A stretch of 58,562 nucleotides of DNA, taken from the IMG/VR virus record IMGVR_UViG_3300002461_000269, positions 1-58,562 of that record. The stretch is one strand, 5' to 3'. This DNA is from a virus (taxonomy: Duplodnaviria > Caudoviricetes). A program made the position numbers and the translations under genes. Below the pieces are notes generated by a model that had not been told where the DNA came from, did not search any database, and worked only from the letters and a program-made list of their open reading frames with translations. Shown one piece after another: positions 19,096 to 28,177 of the stretch (its first letter is position 1; each line of letters starts with the position of its first letter).

Positions 19096-19144
19096 GCATT
19101 TCCGCGAAATGTCCCTCGCAGGAAAGTAGTTCAGCCTCTTAAAG

Positions 19145-20425
19145 TCACCCCCTTCGAGCAAGCCCCAGCAGATCCGCCGCCGGCGCCATCCCTTCCATGA
19201 GCAGCGCGGCCCACTCCTCCGCAATCTCCCGGCGCTTCGCCATGTGCTCCGAACGGTTATAGGCCGCCTCGACCTTATCCTTGGGGACGTGGGCGAGCAT
19301 CGCGTCGATGACGTATCGGTCAGCCGGGCGGCGCTCATTCATCACGGTGGAGAATGCCGCGCGCCAACCGTGGGGAACGTGCCGGCTATGCCACCCGCAC
19401 CGATTGTAGAGGTAGCCGATTGCGTTCTCGCATAGCGGGCGGTGGGCGTGGCGCTGGCCGGGGAAGACGTAGGCACAATTGCCGGTCAACTGGTGCACGA
19501 CTTGCACTACTTCGAGCGCTTGGGCGGTGAGCGGAACGACATGATCGTATGCCTCCTCGCCCTTGCGCTCCTTCTCCAGTTTCATCTTCTCGGCCGGGAT
19601 GCGCCAAAGGGCCATGTCCCATTTTTCGTCGGCATTTGAGGCACCAAAATTAACACCCTCGAACTCGCTCCACTCGGCGCGGCGCAACGTGCCTGGTCGC
19701 ACGGCGGTCAACGCCAGCAGGCGCGATGCCAGCAGGGTGACGGGGTAAGCGCCCGACGCCTCGGTGACGGTGAGGATCTCGCGCAGCTGCGCCACGTCCA
19801 CGATCGCCGGCTGCTTCTTGGCGCGCGGCTTCCGCTTCAATGCCGCGATGACGTTGGCCGCGGGATTGTGTGTCACCAGGCCTTGCGACTCTGCCAGCGC
19901 GAACACTGCCTGAATACGTTGCCGCAGCCGGTGTGCAGTTTCGACCGCGCCGCGCTTCTCGACCGGGCGCAGGGCTTCGAGCACGATCGGGCTGTCTATG
20001 TCGACTAGGGCAAGGTTGCCGATGCGCGGGAAGACGTCGCGCTCCAAGCTGTTGATGACGTCGGCCCGGTGTATCTCGGTCCAGCGCGGCCCGTTGAGGT
20101 CGTGCCATTCCCGCGCCACCGTCTCAAAGGTCGATCGGCCGGAGGCCCGCCGGTCGCGTTCCTCTTTGCGCTTTTGCATGGAAGGATCGAACCCATCGCG
20201 CAGGATCTTGCGCGCCTGGTCGCGTGCCTCGCGCGCCTCGGACAAGGTGACGTCGGGATAGGCGCCGATTGCCATCTGCTTTTCCTTGCCCGCAAAACGG
20301 TAGCGCCACCGCCAGAGCTTCGATCCATTGGAGCGAATCAGCAGGGTGAGCCCTGCACCGTCGGCCATGCGATAGTCGCGCGGTGCGGGCTTTGCTTTGC
20401 GCGCGGCGAGGTCGGTCAGCTTCAT
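19145..20425 (-). CDS. int: Tyrosine integrase, P4-like with arm-binding domain
   Basis: N-terminal DGAGL..GSKLWRWRYRF. Catalytic R (VRPG), HGWR, LAH and AAY. GGAG RBS before the ATG at 20425. Confidence 0.95.
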   Translation of the reverse strand: MKLTDLAARKAKPAPRDYRMADGAGLTLLIRSNGSKLWRWRYRFAGKEKQMAIGAYPDVTLSEAREARDQARKILRDGFDPSMQKRKEERDRRASGRSTFETVAREWHDLNGPRWTEIHRADVINSLERDVFPRIGNLALVDIDSPIVLEALRPVEKRGAVETAHRLRQRIQAVFALAESQGLVTHNPAANVIAALKRKPRAKKQPAIVDVAQLREILTVTEASGAYPVTLLASRLLALTAVRPGTLRRAEWSEFEGVNFGASNADEKWDMALWRIPAEKMKLEKERKGEEAYDHVVPLTAQALEVVQVVHQLTGNCAYVFPGQRHAHRPLCENAIGYLYNRCGWHSRHVPHGWRAAFSTVMNERRPADRYVIDAMLAHVPKDKVEAAYNRSEHMAKRREIAEEWAALLMEGMAPAADLLGLARRG

Positions 20426-20440
20426 ATCAGTCTCCGCATT

Positions 20441-20703
20441 TGTGGGCATCGGTGCCCACATCGGGGCGCGGTGCCCACATTGGTGCCCGCACATTGGTGA
20501 GAGCGCTTGTCGCAATGTGATACAATATGGGACAAGCTCTAGCATCGCCTGCCGTCATTGTCTTGTCTGTATGGGACGGGATGCACGGCTATGATATTAA
20601 TCGGGTACGGAGCGGGTGCCCGTCGAAACCCCATAGAGAAACGGCAGAATTGCGCCATTTATTGAGGGTGCGCGCCGCGCGATGCCCACACCGATGCCCA
20701 CAC
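20441..20703. other. Probable attP site
   Basis: Arm-type repeats TGCCCACA flank both sides (20441-20494 and 20681-20703). Central imperfect inverted repeat CGGGTAC-N7-GTGCCCG at 20602-20622. Confidence 0.7.
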
Positions 20704-20729
20704 AAGTGCACCGGTTGCGCGCGCCGGGC

Positions 20730-20756
20730 AAAAAAAGACCCCGCCGAAGCGAGGTC
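20730..20756 (-). terminator. Rho-independent terminator of leftward early operon
   Basis: Minus strand GACCTCGC-TTCG-GCGGGGTC-TTTTTTT. Confidence 0.85.
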
Positions 20757-20793
20757 AGTAAGCCATCGGGCGGGAGAGGGTTGCCCGATGGGA

Positions 20794-21682
20794 TTAGGTC
20801 GGATCGCGCACCGCCTCGATGCGCTCTCCGATGAAGGTCATCACGTTCACCGCCATGCTATTCCCGAACGCCTTGTATTGCGGCCCATCGGGGCAATCCT
20901 CAGCCGCCTTGCCGCGCCAAGGGATGCGCGCCCAGTCGTCGGGGAAGCCTTGCAATCTGGCTGCCTCAGTGGGGGTTAAGCGTCGAACTCCCCAGCTCGC
21001 TTGGCCCTCATGTAGTGCTTGCCGCAGAGGCCCTTGCTGTGCGCTGGTTCGCCGCAGATTGAGCACGCCTTCCTGATCGGAGTTTTGACTGCCATCGGAT
21101 CGCCGTGCTTCTTCAAGCGTGTAGGCGGCCCCATCATCGCGCCAGCCCTTGCCATCGGGGCCAGCGTCTGGGTTCTCGCTCACGGCGCGCTCTTGGATGG
21201 CGATGGCGTGAGGCTGGCCCGTGGTCAGAGAATACATGGTGCCATCGTCAGCGATGCCCATGCCAGCGTTCCGCTTGCGCACCACGCCCGCCGCATCCGC
21301 TCCGGCTGTCTTGCTGATACCGTCGCGCCCGATCGCGTCGGAGTGGATGGCCACCGGCACAATCGGCGTCCCGCGCCCGGTGCCGTCCTCGCTGGCATCA
21401 AAGCCCTCGCCGCGCAGGGCATGGGCGACCGAAATGAGCGGCAAGCCATCGCCATCGCCATCGCTGGACGGGCCTTTGCTGTCCCTCGCCTTCATCGCCG
21501 GTGAGATTGTCGGGCCGTGCTGGCGCGCGATCAGTTGTCCTCGCTCTGCTGCTGGTGCGCCACGCTTGCCAGAGCCCGCATCAATAGTGCCGGCAACTCC
21601 TTGCCCCGCTTCACGGCGCGGCGCAGGATTCCCGGCTGGCCGCCTCAATTCCCGAGCAAACACTGAGATAGCGGAAGGTCAC
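20794..21682 (-). pseudogene. C5-cytosine DNA methyltransferase with internal deletion/frameshift
   Basis: GTG at 21682 gives motif I (MTFRYLSVCSGIEAAS). It joins out of frame to the variable region and motifs IX-X (RRLTPTEAARLQGFPD, KAFGNS). Catalytic PC and ENV motifs are missing. Confidence 0.8.
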
Positions 21683-21912
21683 GCCTCACCTCCCAGCACA
21701 TAGGCCAGCCGCACGCCCTTGCGCGGCCCCTGCTTGCTGATGTGGAGCGGCGAGACGATCGCGCAGCCCTTGCGGCGCATCTTGCAGATCATCACCTTAG
21801 CGCTGTTCTTTGTGGTGCCGCACTGCTCGGCCACCTCCTCCAAGGTGAAGCCGTTGCGGCGCGTTGCCAGCAGGTCGAGGATTGCCGCCTCGCCGGGGGT
21901 GAGGTCAGTCAT
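21679..21912 (-). CDS. Winged HTH DNA-binding protein
   Basis: FTLEEVAEQCGTTKNSAKVMICKMRRKG. GGAGG RBS. Confidence 0.7.
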   Translation of the reverse strand: MTDLTPGEAAILDLLATRRNGFTLEEVAEQCGTTKNSAKVMICKMRRKGCAIVSPLHISKQGPRKGVRLAYVLGGEA

Positions 21913-22642
21913 TGGAGCCTCCGATTTGGTCGATGTTGCCGTGCCGCACGTCGAAGGTGACAGCGTAGATCCACGGGTTGTCTTCCCAGCGCGTGCCGGG
22001 GGCGGAGTGCAGGGAGTTCCAGAGCAGGCGGTAGCTCTTAATCGGACAGACAAAGGCTGCGGTCGGCCCGTCGCTGTAGTTCTTCCAAAGCGGTTCCCCG
22101 CCATGGCGCCCTACCTGCTCGATCCCTTCGGCAATGCAATCCGCCTCGCTAATATCCTGCAACCGCTGCACCCGAACATCGGTGACAAGCAGCGTTAGGC
22201 GAGAGGCCCAGCGCGGCATGTGCATTGCTTGGCGGTGGCGGCCGACAACATCGCCGTCAGCCTCGGCCCAATTGAAGGTCACACCATCCGCCAAATAGAA
22301 CAGCGGTTCCTCGCCGCCCATGTCGCGCGGGGCGAGATCGTCATAGGCGGGCGTCGTCTTCCAATGCTCGCGCACATAGAGCCTGTCGCCGGGGGCATCA
22401 GGCACACGAATCCAGTCTGGTCCCTGCCGATCGTATTCATCCCACCAGCACCAGAACGGGCCTTTGTGGTAGCGATCAAAGTAGGGCTTATCGTGCTTCT
22501 TGACGTTACCGGTAGCAGGAGGATTGCTTGCGCATTGGTAATCTGACGGCTGCGGATTCAACAACCGCCGCGTCTGCGTCTTCCGTCCCTCAAGCAGCGC
22601 CCGCACCATCGGAGCGCTAAAGGTTTTGCCACGGTCGGTCAT
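21905..22642 (-). CDS. ASCH/PUA-like phage protein
   Basis: FSAPMVRALLEGRKTQTRR, GDRLYVRE, HMPRWASR, RLQDISEAD..AEG and WEDNPW. Confidence 0.8.
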   Translation of the reverse strand: MTDRGKTFSAPMVRALLEGRKTQTRRLLNPQPSDYQCASNPPATGNVKKHDKPYFDRYHKGPFWCWWDEYDRQGPDWIRVPDAPGDRLYVREHWKTTPAYDDLAPRDMGGEEPLFYLADGVTFNWAEADGDVVGRHRQAMHMPRWASRLTLLVTDVRVQRLQDISEADCIAEGIEQVGRHGGEPLWKNYSDGPTAAFVCPIKSYRLLWNSLHSAPGTRWEDNPWIYAVTFDVRHGNIDQIGGSND

Positions 22643-22857
22643 TGCAGCCACCCCATTTCCCGCAGCTGTTCGGAAAACCGACCGAACACCTCAAGCGCCA
22701 TCTCGCGGTTCAAGAACGCAGCAATATCGCGCCCCTTCGGATTGGTGAGGGCAATGACGAAAATGACTCCACCGTTTGCATCGCCCATGCTTATGCCCGT
22801 CGCCTCATCGGCAATGGCCTCCACGTCGCAGTTAGAGATAAAAGGATTGCCGCTCAT
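22639..22857 (-). CDS. Hypothetical protein
   Basis: Coupled start/stop overlaps at both ends. Confidence 0.6.
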   Translation of the reverse strand: MSGNPFISNCDVEAIADEATGISMGDANGGVIFVIALTNPKGRDIAAFLNREMALEVFGRFSEQLREMGWLQ

Positions 22858-23045
22858 GCCACCTTCCCCCATCCGGTCGGATCTTTCATCCACTCCTCAA
22901 CCTCGGACTGGCGCCAAGCCACCGAAGCCTGACCGAGCTTGACCTGCTTCGGAAACTTGCCGTCCTTGATCCAGCGATAGAGCGTGGTGCGCGTCATGCC
23001 GGTACGCTCCACCACCTCCTTGAGCCGTAGGAACCGATCGTTCAC
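22854..23045 (-). CDS. AlpA-family excisionase/regulator
   Basis: FLRLKEVVERTGMTRTTLYRWIKDGKFPKQVKLG..SVAW. Confidence 0.9.
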   Translation of the reverse strand: MNDRFLRLKEVVERTGMTRTTLYRWIKDGKFPKQVKLGQASVAWRQSEVEEWMKDPTGWGKVA

Positions 23046-24106
23046 TTGCCACCTCTTGCGGCGACTTCGCCCACACGTTGAGCCTTGCGGTAGATCACCT
23101 CGTCCATGCTCTTGACGACGGACTCGGGGAAGGTGACCTTGTGCTTCTGCCATTCGGCATCGGCGGCGCGAATGTCGGCAACGATTTCCGCCTTGGCGAT
23201 GCGGCGCTCAATCTCGACAAGGATTGCCTTCTGCGCGTCGTTCATGCCGGCGGGCTGCGCTTCCTCCTCCTCGGGCTCGCTATCGTCCTGCGTCTCGTCG
23301 TCAACCGGCCCGTCAAGATCCTGATAGGTCTGCGCTGCATCGAGCGCGCGGGCTTCGTCCTCGGACAACTCGGTCATGCCGGTTTGCTCGTCGCGCGCGG
23401 GCTCGTCGTCCTGCACCTCGCCGGTGTCGGGATCGTGGTCGATGGTCTGCGCGCGCGTGTCGAGCTCGTCGTTGCTGGGCAAGCGCTGCGGGGTGACGTC
23501 GCGGTATTCCGCCATGTCAGCCTCATCGCCTTCAACGCCGCCCGATACACCCAAGCCGATACGAACCGTATGGCAAAGGCAACGCACGTCGAGCATGTGG
23601 TTCGGGCGCGACTTCCAGTTAGGATTGCTTTCGATTTTGAACTCGTCGAGATAGACAATCTTCTTGGTCGGGCGGGTGCGATCCTTGCGGTAAAGGATGC
23701 CTTCGACCGCCGTAACCTTGCCCTTTTCGTCAACGATGTGATCGAACTCAAGCGCGTCAAACTGCGGGTGCTCGTTCATGATGCGTATCCAGCCATCATA
23801 GCCAATCATCGGCACCACGCCGCCACCCTTGGCGGGGAAGGCGTAGATTTCCTTGCGCAGCGGATCGAGGTTGTATTGGTTCGCCACCACGATCAGGGCG
23901 ATGAACTCGGCGTCGTTGCGGCATTCCTTGAACACGGTCTTCATCAGCGTGTCTTTCAGCCCGGCGGTGCTGACTTGCAGCCGCATCGCCATGGCTTCGA
24001 GCGCGTTCTTGGGGCGCTCCTGTTCCTCGCGCGCCGCGATGGCGCGCTGGACGCTGGCGTCCTGGTCTTCGTTCATTCGAGCAACGGCTTGGGTACGTGC
24101 GTTCAT
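23042..24106 (-). CDS. bet: Red-beta/Bet-like single-strand annealing protein
   Basis: VANQYNLDPLRKEIYAFP, GYDGWIRIMNEHPQFD, acidic C-terminus. Confidence 0.9.
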   Translation of the reverse strand: MNARTQAVARMNEDQDASVQRAIAAREEQERPKNALEAMAMRLQVSTAGLKDTLMKTVFKECRNDAEFIALIVVANQYNLDPLRKEIYAFPAKGGGVVPMIGYDGWIRIMNEHPQFDALEFDHIVDEKGKVTAVEGILYRKDRTRPTKKIVYLDEFKIESNPNWKSRPNHMLDVRCLCHTVRIGLGVSGGVEGDEADMAEYRDVTPQRLPSNDELDTRAQTIDHDPDTGEVQDDEPARDEQTGMTELSEDEARALDAAQTYQDLDGPVDDETQDDSEPEEEEAQPAGMNDAQKAILVEIERRIAKAEIVADIRAADAEWQKHKVTFPESVVKSMDEVIYRKAQRVGEVAARGGK

Positions 24107-24120
24107 GGAGTGGGTTCCTT

Positions 24121-24405
24121 TCAGAAAATGATTTCGTCGTCGTCGATCTCGATGTGGGAGAGCTTCTCCCACTTTGCCCGCAGCGCTTCTTCATGCTCGC
24201 GCTGGGTGCGGGCTCCGATGCTGTGCAATTCTGCGTCGATCAGAGCTTGAACCGCCGACCGGTTGGGCTCGGTCAGAATGTAGGCCAGCGCCCACAGGCT
24301 CCGCAGCCGGAAGATGCGGAAGTTGCGCTGGGTCGCGGCCTCCTGCGCGGGGGTGCGCTTGGCGCGCTTCCGGCTGGGGTCGTATGGGCGGATGCGGAAG
24401 GTCAC
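24121..24405 (-). CDS. Hypothetical protein
   Basis: Coupled to the upstream gene (GTGA). Confidence 0.6.
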   Translation of the reverse strand: MTFRIRPYDPSRKRAKRTPAQEAATQRNFRIFRLRSLWALAYILTEPNRSAVQALIDAELHSIGARTQREHEEALRAKWEKLSHIEIDDDEIIF

Positions 24406-25181
24406 ACGCTGACAGCTTTGGCGGTGGAGTAGATCCGCACCCCTGCGATCTTGCGGGCGCCAGCTCGGACGCGGGCCTCAATTGCCTTCTGCACGGCAAC
24501 ACGCACCCGTTCGTCATCCTCGACCGCACCGAAGCACGCATTGAAGTCGGTGATTTCCGCGTGCCAGACGGTGTGGGCCGATACGGTGGTGCCGCCATCG
24601 CTGCGCGTCGGTTCCTTGAGCGCAACCGGCTCGACCTCGGGCACATAGACCGGTTCGGGTACCGGTGCCGGTGCCGGAGCATTGAGCGCGGCGGCCTTCT
24701 CGGCCAACCAACGGCGCTCCTCCTCGGCGGCGCGGGCCTTGGCCTCGGCTTCGCGGCGCTGCTGTTCGGCAAGGCGCAATGCCGCTTGGCGTTCAGCTTC
24801 GCGCTTGGCGACATAGGCGTTCATCGGCTTTTCAGCCTTGGCCTTGGCGGTGTTCAGCCGGGTGACGAGCGCATTCTTCTCCGCGTCGGCGGTGCGGCCG
24901 GCGGCGAGGTAAGGCGCCTTGACCGCGACGTGCGTGTCAGAGACGTGCTTCTCGGCGGCGCGGATCATCTTCACAAAGTCGCCAGCCTTACCCAACGTGT
25001 CCTCGTCGGTGACCGCCACGCGGTCAGCCGCCTCCTCGATGCTCTCGACGCGGGCGAGGAAGTCGGGCCGCTCGTCGAGAAGCGCCTCCTTGAACTGTGC
25101 GCGCACGTCGTCTTCGATCGGCGGCTTGTTGTGCCCGAGGCCTGCGGTTTCGGGTTCGGCTTCAAGTTGCTTAATTGGCAT
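24402..25181 (-). CDS. Coiled-coil phage protein of recombination cluster
   Basis: GHNKPP motif, long helix and C-terminal GARKIAGVRIY. AGGAG RBS. Confidence 0.7.
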   Translation of the reverse strand: MPIKQLEAEPETAGLGHNKPPIEDDVRAQFKEALLDERPDFLARVESIEEAADRVAVTDEDTLGKAGDFVKMIRAAEKHVSDTHVAVKAPYLAAGRTADAEKNALVTRLNTAKAKAEKPMNAYVAKREAERQAALRLAEQQRREAEAKARAAEEERRWLAEKAAALNAPAPAPVPEPVYVPEVEPVALKEPTRSDGGTTVSAHTVWHAEITDFNACFGAVEDDERVRVAVQKAIEARVRAGARKIAGVRIYSTAKAVSV

Positions 25182-25191
25182 GGGGGTGCTC

Positions 25192-25578
25192 CTAAAAAGG
25201 TAGTGGGGATGAAAGCAGGTCGAGCTTCTTGCGCGGATCTGCGTAGGCGGAATCGGGCGCGCTCTCTTGCGCCCATGCTTGGCGGGCGATGGCCCGCTGG
25301 TAATGTTGCTCGTCGGTGGGATCGCCAGCGCAGCCCGGCCAGGCGCGCTCGACGGGGATTGCCTCGCCATTGAAAAAGGCCATCCACCTCCAGCTGCGAT
25401 CAAGCTCCTCGCCAGTCACAGGATCGAGCGGCGGTCCATAGACGAGCTTGACCACACCGCGGACACCGCCGCTGCGCATCTTCATGCGGTAGTAGCCGGC
25501 GATGGGAACCGATGCGTCGAAGCCCTCGAAGGTCTTGGTGGCGCCAGCGCTGGCGTAGGGGGTGGCACTGCGGGTCAT
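25192..25578 (-). CDS. Hypothetical protein
   Basis: Coupled ORF containing GPPLDPVTGEELDRSWRW. Confidence 0.7.
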   Translation of the reverse strand: MTRSATPYASAGATKTFEGFDASVPIAGYYRMKMRSGGVRGVVKLVYGPPLDPVTGEELDRSWRWMAFFNGEAIPVERAWPGCAGDPTDEQHYQRAIARQAWAQESAPDSAYADPRKKLDLLSSPLPF

Positions 25579-25787
25579 GGCAGCACCTCAAGTTCCCATG
25601 TGGGGTGATAGGGCTGCGAGAAGCTGTCCCCATCCATGCGAATGCGCAGATGCGCGCCGTTAGTGGCAGTGATTGTACCAAGCCTGCCGCCAGCCTTGCG
25701 GGCAACATCATCGCCGGTGTAGCGAACGCGAGTTCCTCGCTTGACTGACAGGCCATACGTGCGGTTGATGTAATCGAAGCCGCTCAT
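25575..25787 (-). CDS. Small SH3-like hypothetical phage protein
   Basis: YINRTYGL..KRGTRVRY...YHPTWEL. Confidence 0.7.
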   Translation of the reverse strand: MSGFDYINRTYGLSVKRGTRVRYTGDDVARKAGGRLGTITATNGAHLRIRMDGDSFSQPYHPTWELEVLP

Positions 25788-26050
25788 TCCGCGCGCTCCG
25801 CTTCGATCGCATCAATCTCGGCGCAAAGCTCCGCGTAGGAGCCCGCCTGCGCGGACAGGCCGTTGCCAACCCAGCCTTCTTCATCGCCGCGCCAATCCGC
25901 GTCATAGTCGGGATGGGTGGCGCTCCAGTCGAACGAGCGGATCGGGATAGGCGGGGGATCGAAGCGCACCGCCCAACCGCGATAGGGCTCGGGGCCGATC
26001 GTGCCGTCTTGGCGCAGGACGCCCTGCCAGATTTTGTGGGCTGCGCTCAT
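25784..26050 (-). CDS. Hypothetical protein
   Basis: Coupled ORF. Confidence 0.65.
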   Translation of the reverse strand: MSAAHKIWQGVLRQDGTIGPEPYRGWAVRFDPPPIPIRSFDWSATHPDYDADWRGDEEGWVGNGLSAQAGSYAELCAEIDAIEAERAE

Positions 26051-26358
26051 TGGTCATCACCCATAAGCAGGCGGTCGCGGTATTCCTGATAGCGCCAGTC
26101 ATCCCGCGCAGCAGCTTCGGCGGCCATGTCATCGCCAGCGCGCTCTTGTGCCAGCGTGAGCAAAGCCTCCTCTTCGTCATCGCTAAGGGTGATCGGCTGA
26201 CCGCCGTGCTTGATCGAGACAATCTCGACCTCGCCGCCTTCGGCCGGCTGCCAGTAGGTCGCGGCGATGAAGGGGGAGACAGAATAGGTCACCCGCAATT
26301 CAAGCTCCTGCCGACCAACCATGTGCTCGACGGTGAATTGAAACCGGACGGCGCTCAT
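26047..26358 (-). CDS. Hypothetical protein
   Basis: Coupled ORF containing ATYWQPAEGGEVEI. Confidence 0.65.
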   Translation of the reverse strand: MSAVRFQFTVEHMVGRQELELRVTYSVSPFIAATYWQPAEGGEVEIVSIKHGGQPITLSDDEEEALLTLAQERAGDDMAAEAAARDDWRYQEYRDRLLMGDDQ

Positions 26359-26717
26359 GCCTGCCACCGCGCCGGGTTGGCAACCAGCCAAGCATTGCGC
26401 TCGATCATCCGATCGACGGCGCCGCAGAACCAGTCATAGGTGGGAGTGAAGTTGAACCGATCGTGGTCGAGCCACTCGCTCGGGCCGCCGCCTTCGGGCT
26501 TGGCGAAGTAGGCCTTGGTATAGAACCCGTCCCCGTCCCACTCGTCGCCCTCGACCATGACATAGCCGAGGTGGGAGAAAGCACGCCCTGCCGCTGCTTC
26601 ACAGGGGGCGCTATGGGGGGAAGCCGGATTGTTGCCCGCCAGCGGGGGTGCTGGCTGGCTGGCAACGGTCGCAGCAGCGACGGCATCGGAGCAGTTGATG
26701 AGGTCAGGAAAAGACAA
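26355..26717 (-). CDS. Hypothetical protein, first gene of leftward operon (start uncertain)
   Basis: TTG start after AAAGGGG. The C-terminal half is protein-like. Confidence 0.5.
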   Translation of the reverse strand: MSFPDLINCSDAVAAATVASQPAPPLAGNNPASPHSAPCEAAAGRAFSHLGYVMVEGDEWDGDGFYTKAYFAKPEGGGPSEWLDHDRFNFTPTYDWFCGAVDRMIERNAWLVANPARWQA

Positions 26718-26739
26718 GACGTGTCCCCTTTCGAGAACA

Positions 26740-26792
26740 CGTCTGTCACATTAGGAAATGCCTGTCAACACTCTATGCGTCTTTATGCGACA
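26740..26792 (-). promoter_or_regulatory. PL-like promoter with operator-like sites
   Basis: Perfect TTGACA (26768-26763) with a weak -10. TGTCnCA-led 17-mers at 26744-26760 and 26776-26792. Confidence 0.55.
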
Positions 26793-26804
26793 ACATACGA
26801 TAAC

Positions 26805-27401
26805 TTATCCCAGCGCTTGCCCCGTATAGGCCACGCGGCCAAGCACCGTGAACGGACGCGCCCCGATTGGTTCCGGTACCGAATCGGAGAACATCAAAGA
26901 TGGTGGTGAAGCGATGAACTGCGCGACCTGCATTTCACCGTCATTCAAGGCGAGCAAAAACCAGCCCTTGTCTTCAAGGGTCAGGCGTTTGGGATCAACC
27001 ACAGCGAAGCCTTCCGACATAAGGTAAGGCGCCCGCTCTGAATCAATCTCGACTGCGAATAATTCTGGCCCCGCTATCGACGCGGGTATTGCGACCACTT
27101 CCACGTTCCTGAACACTCCCTTGAGGTAATCGCCAATCTCCCCCCACCGGACGATTGGGACGTAGCGGGTGCGAGCTCCCCCACCTTCCAGCAAGATTTC
27201 GAGCGGGGACACACCCAGCACCCCGGCCAACTCCAGCAGATAATCCGCTGACAGCGCCATCGTGCTTTTCTCCAGCTTGGAAACTGTGCTCGCCGTCAAC
27301 TGCGACGGCATCGCCAGCCCCAAAGCCTCAAGCGACAAGCCGCGATCCAGGCGCAATTGCCTGATGCGATTGGCCGCATAGTTTCGTGTCTGAGTACCCA
27401 T
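26805..27401 (-). CDS. CI-like repressor (XRE HTH plus degenerate S24-like domain)
   Basis: NRIRQLRLDRGLSLEALG...STVSKLE. Divergent from cro. AGGAG RBS. Confidence 0.8.
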   Translation of the reverse strand: MGTQTRNYAANRIRQLRLDRGLSLEALGLAMPSQLTASTVSKLEKSTMALSADYLLELAGVLGVSPLEILLEGGGARTRYVPIVRWGEIGDYLKGVFRNVEVVAIPASIAGPELFAVEIDSERAPYLMSEGFAVVDPKRLTLEDKGWFLLALNDGEMQVAQFIASPPSLMFSDSVPEPIGARPFTVLGRVAYTGQALG

Positions 27402-27459
27402 CTCGATCTCCTGCCGAAAAGAGACGCTACTCGCATTTGGAAAGCAACAAAAAAAGAAC

Positions 27460-27488
27460 TTGCGTATGTATCCGATTGGGACATATAT
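27460..27488 (+). promoter_or_regulatory. PR-like promoter/operator
   Basis: TTGCGT preceded by an A-tract. The spacer holds TGTATCCGATTGGGACA. Confidence 0.55.
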
Positions 27489-27495
27489 CGGGCCC

Positions 27496-27729
27496 ATGGA
27501 ACTAGCAGATTATCGGAATTGGAAAGGTTTGAGCTTGGCTGACGTCGCGGAAGCGATCGGCATGTCGAATGGTTCGGCCGTTCTCAAACATGAAACCGGG
27601 CAGACAATGCCCAAGGCCGCAGTCATCGAGCGATACCGCCAAGTGACCAACGGCGCAGTTACCGCGGAGGACTTCGTGCGCGTCGTTCTCCGTCATCAAT
27701 CGCAGCAGCAAACCAAAGAAGCTGCCTGA
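27496..27729 (+). CDS. Cro-like HTH regulator
   Basis: LSLADVAEAIG...KHETGQTMP...TNGAVTAEDF. Confidence 0.85.
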   Translation: MELADYRNWKGLSLADVAEAIGMSNGSAVLKHETGQTMPKAAVIERYRQVTNGAVTAEDFVRVVLRHQSQQQTKEAA

Positions 27730-27802
27730 CGCGCGGCCCGGCGGGGCAGGCGCCCCCCGGTATAGGGTCGACCATTCACGGCGCCATAGAAGGGGGCGAA
27801 CG

Positions 27803-28177
27803 ATGGCTAATGCCACGGACGACCGTTTGCGTCTGCTTATCGAAAGAGCCGAACGGCTTGAAGAAGAAAAGCAGGGTATCGCTGACGATATAAAGGATGT
27901 GTTCTTAGAGGCAAAAGCCGTCGGCTACTGCCCGAAGACCATGAAGCAGGTCATCAAGCTGCGGAAGATGAAGCCGCAGGACCGCAGCGAGCAGGAAATG
28001 CTGCTCGAAACCTACATGAACGCGCTCGGCATGGAAGGTACGCCGCTCGGCAATTGGGCTGCAACCGCTGCCAAGGCCGACGCGGAAGGCACCGGCATCA
28101 GCATGTCGATCAACGGCGGCGAACAGATCCCGCTCAACAAGACCGCCGCGCGCAAAATGGCCGAGGCCGAGGCATGA
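27803..28177 (+). CDS. gapR: GapR/DUF2312 nucleoid-associated protein homolog
   Basis: DDRLRLLIERAERLEEEK..IADDIKDVFLEAKAVGY...LRKM...LETYMNALGM. Confidence 0.9.
   Translation: MANATDDRLRLLIERAERLEEEKQGIADDIKDVFLEAKAVGYCPKTMKQVIKLRKMKPQDRSEQEMLLETYMNALGMEGTPLGNWAATAAKADAEGTGISMSINGGEQIPLNKTAARKMAEAEA

Noticed and set aside
20426-20545. Longer integrase start given in the ORF track
   Set aside because: The extension runs through the arm-site repeats. The ATG at 20425 has an RBS and matches the usual family N-terminus.
20587-20625. att region translates GYDINRVRSGCPS, resembling DusA GYDEINLNVGCPS
   Set aside because: Only the flanking residues match, and described dusA-associated integrases use the 5' end of the gene. 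Probably chance, though a BLASTn of the core would settle it.
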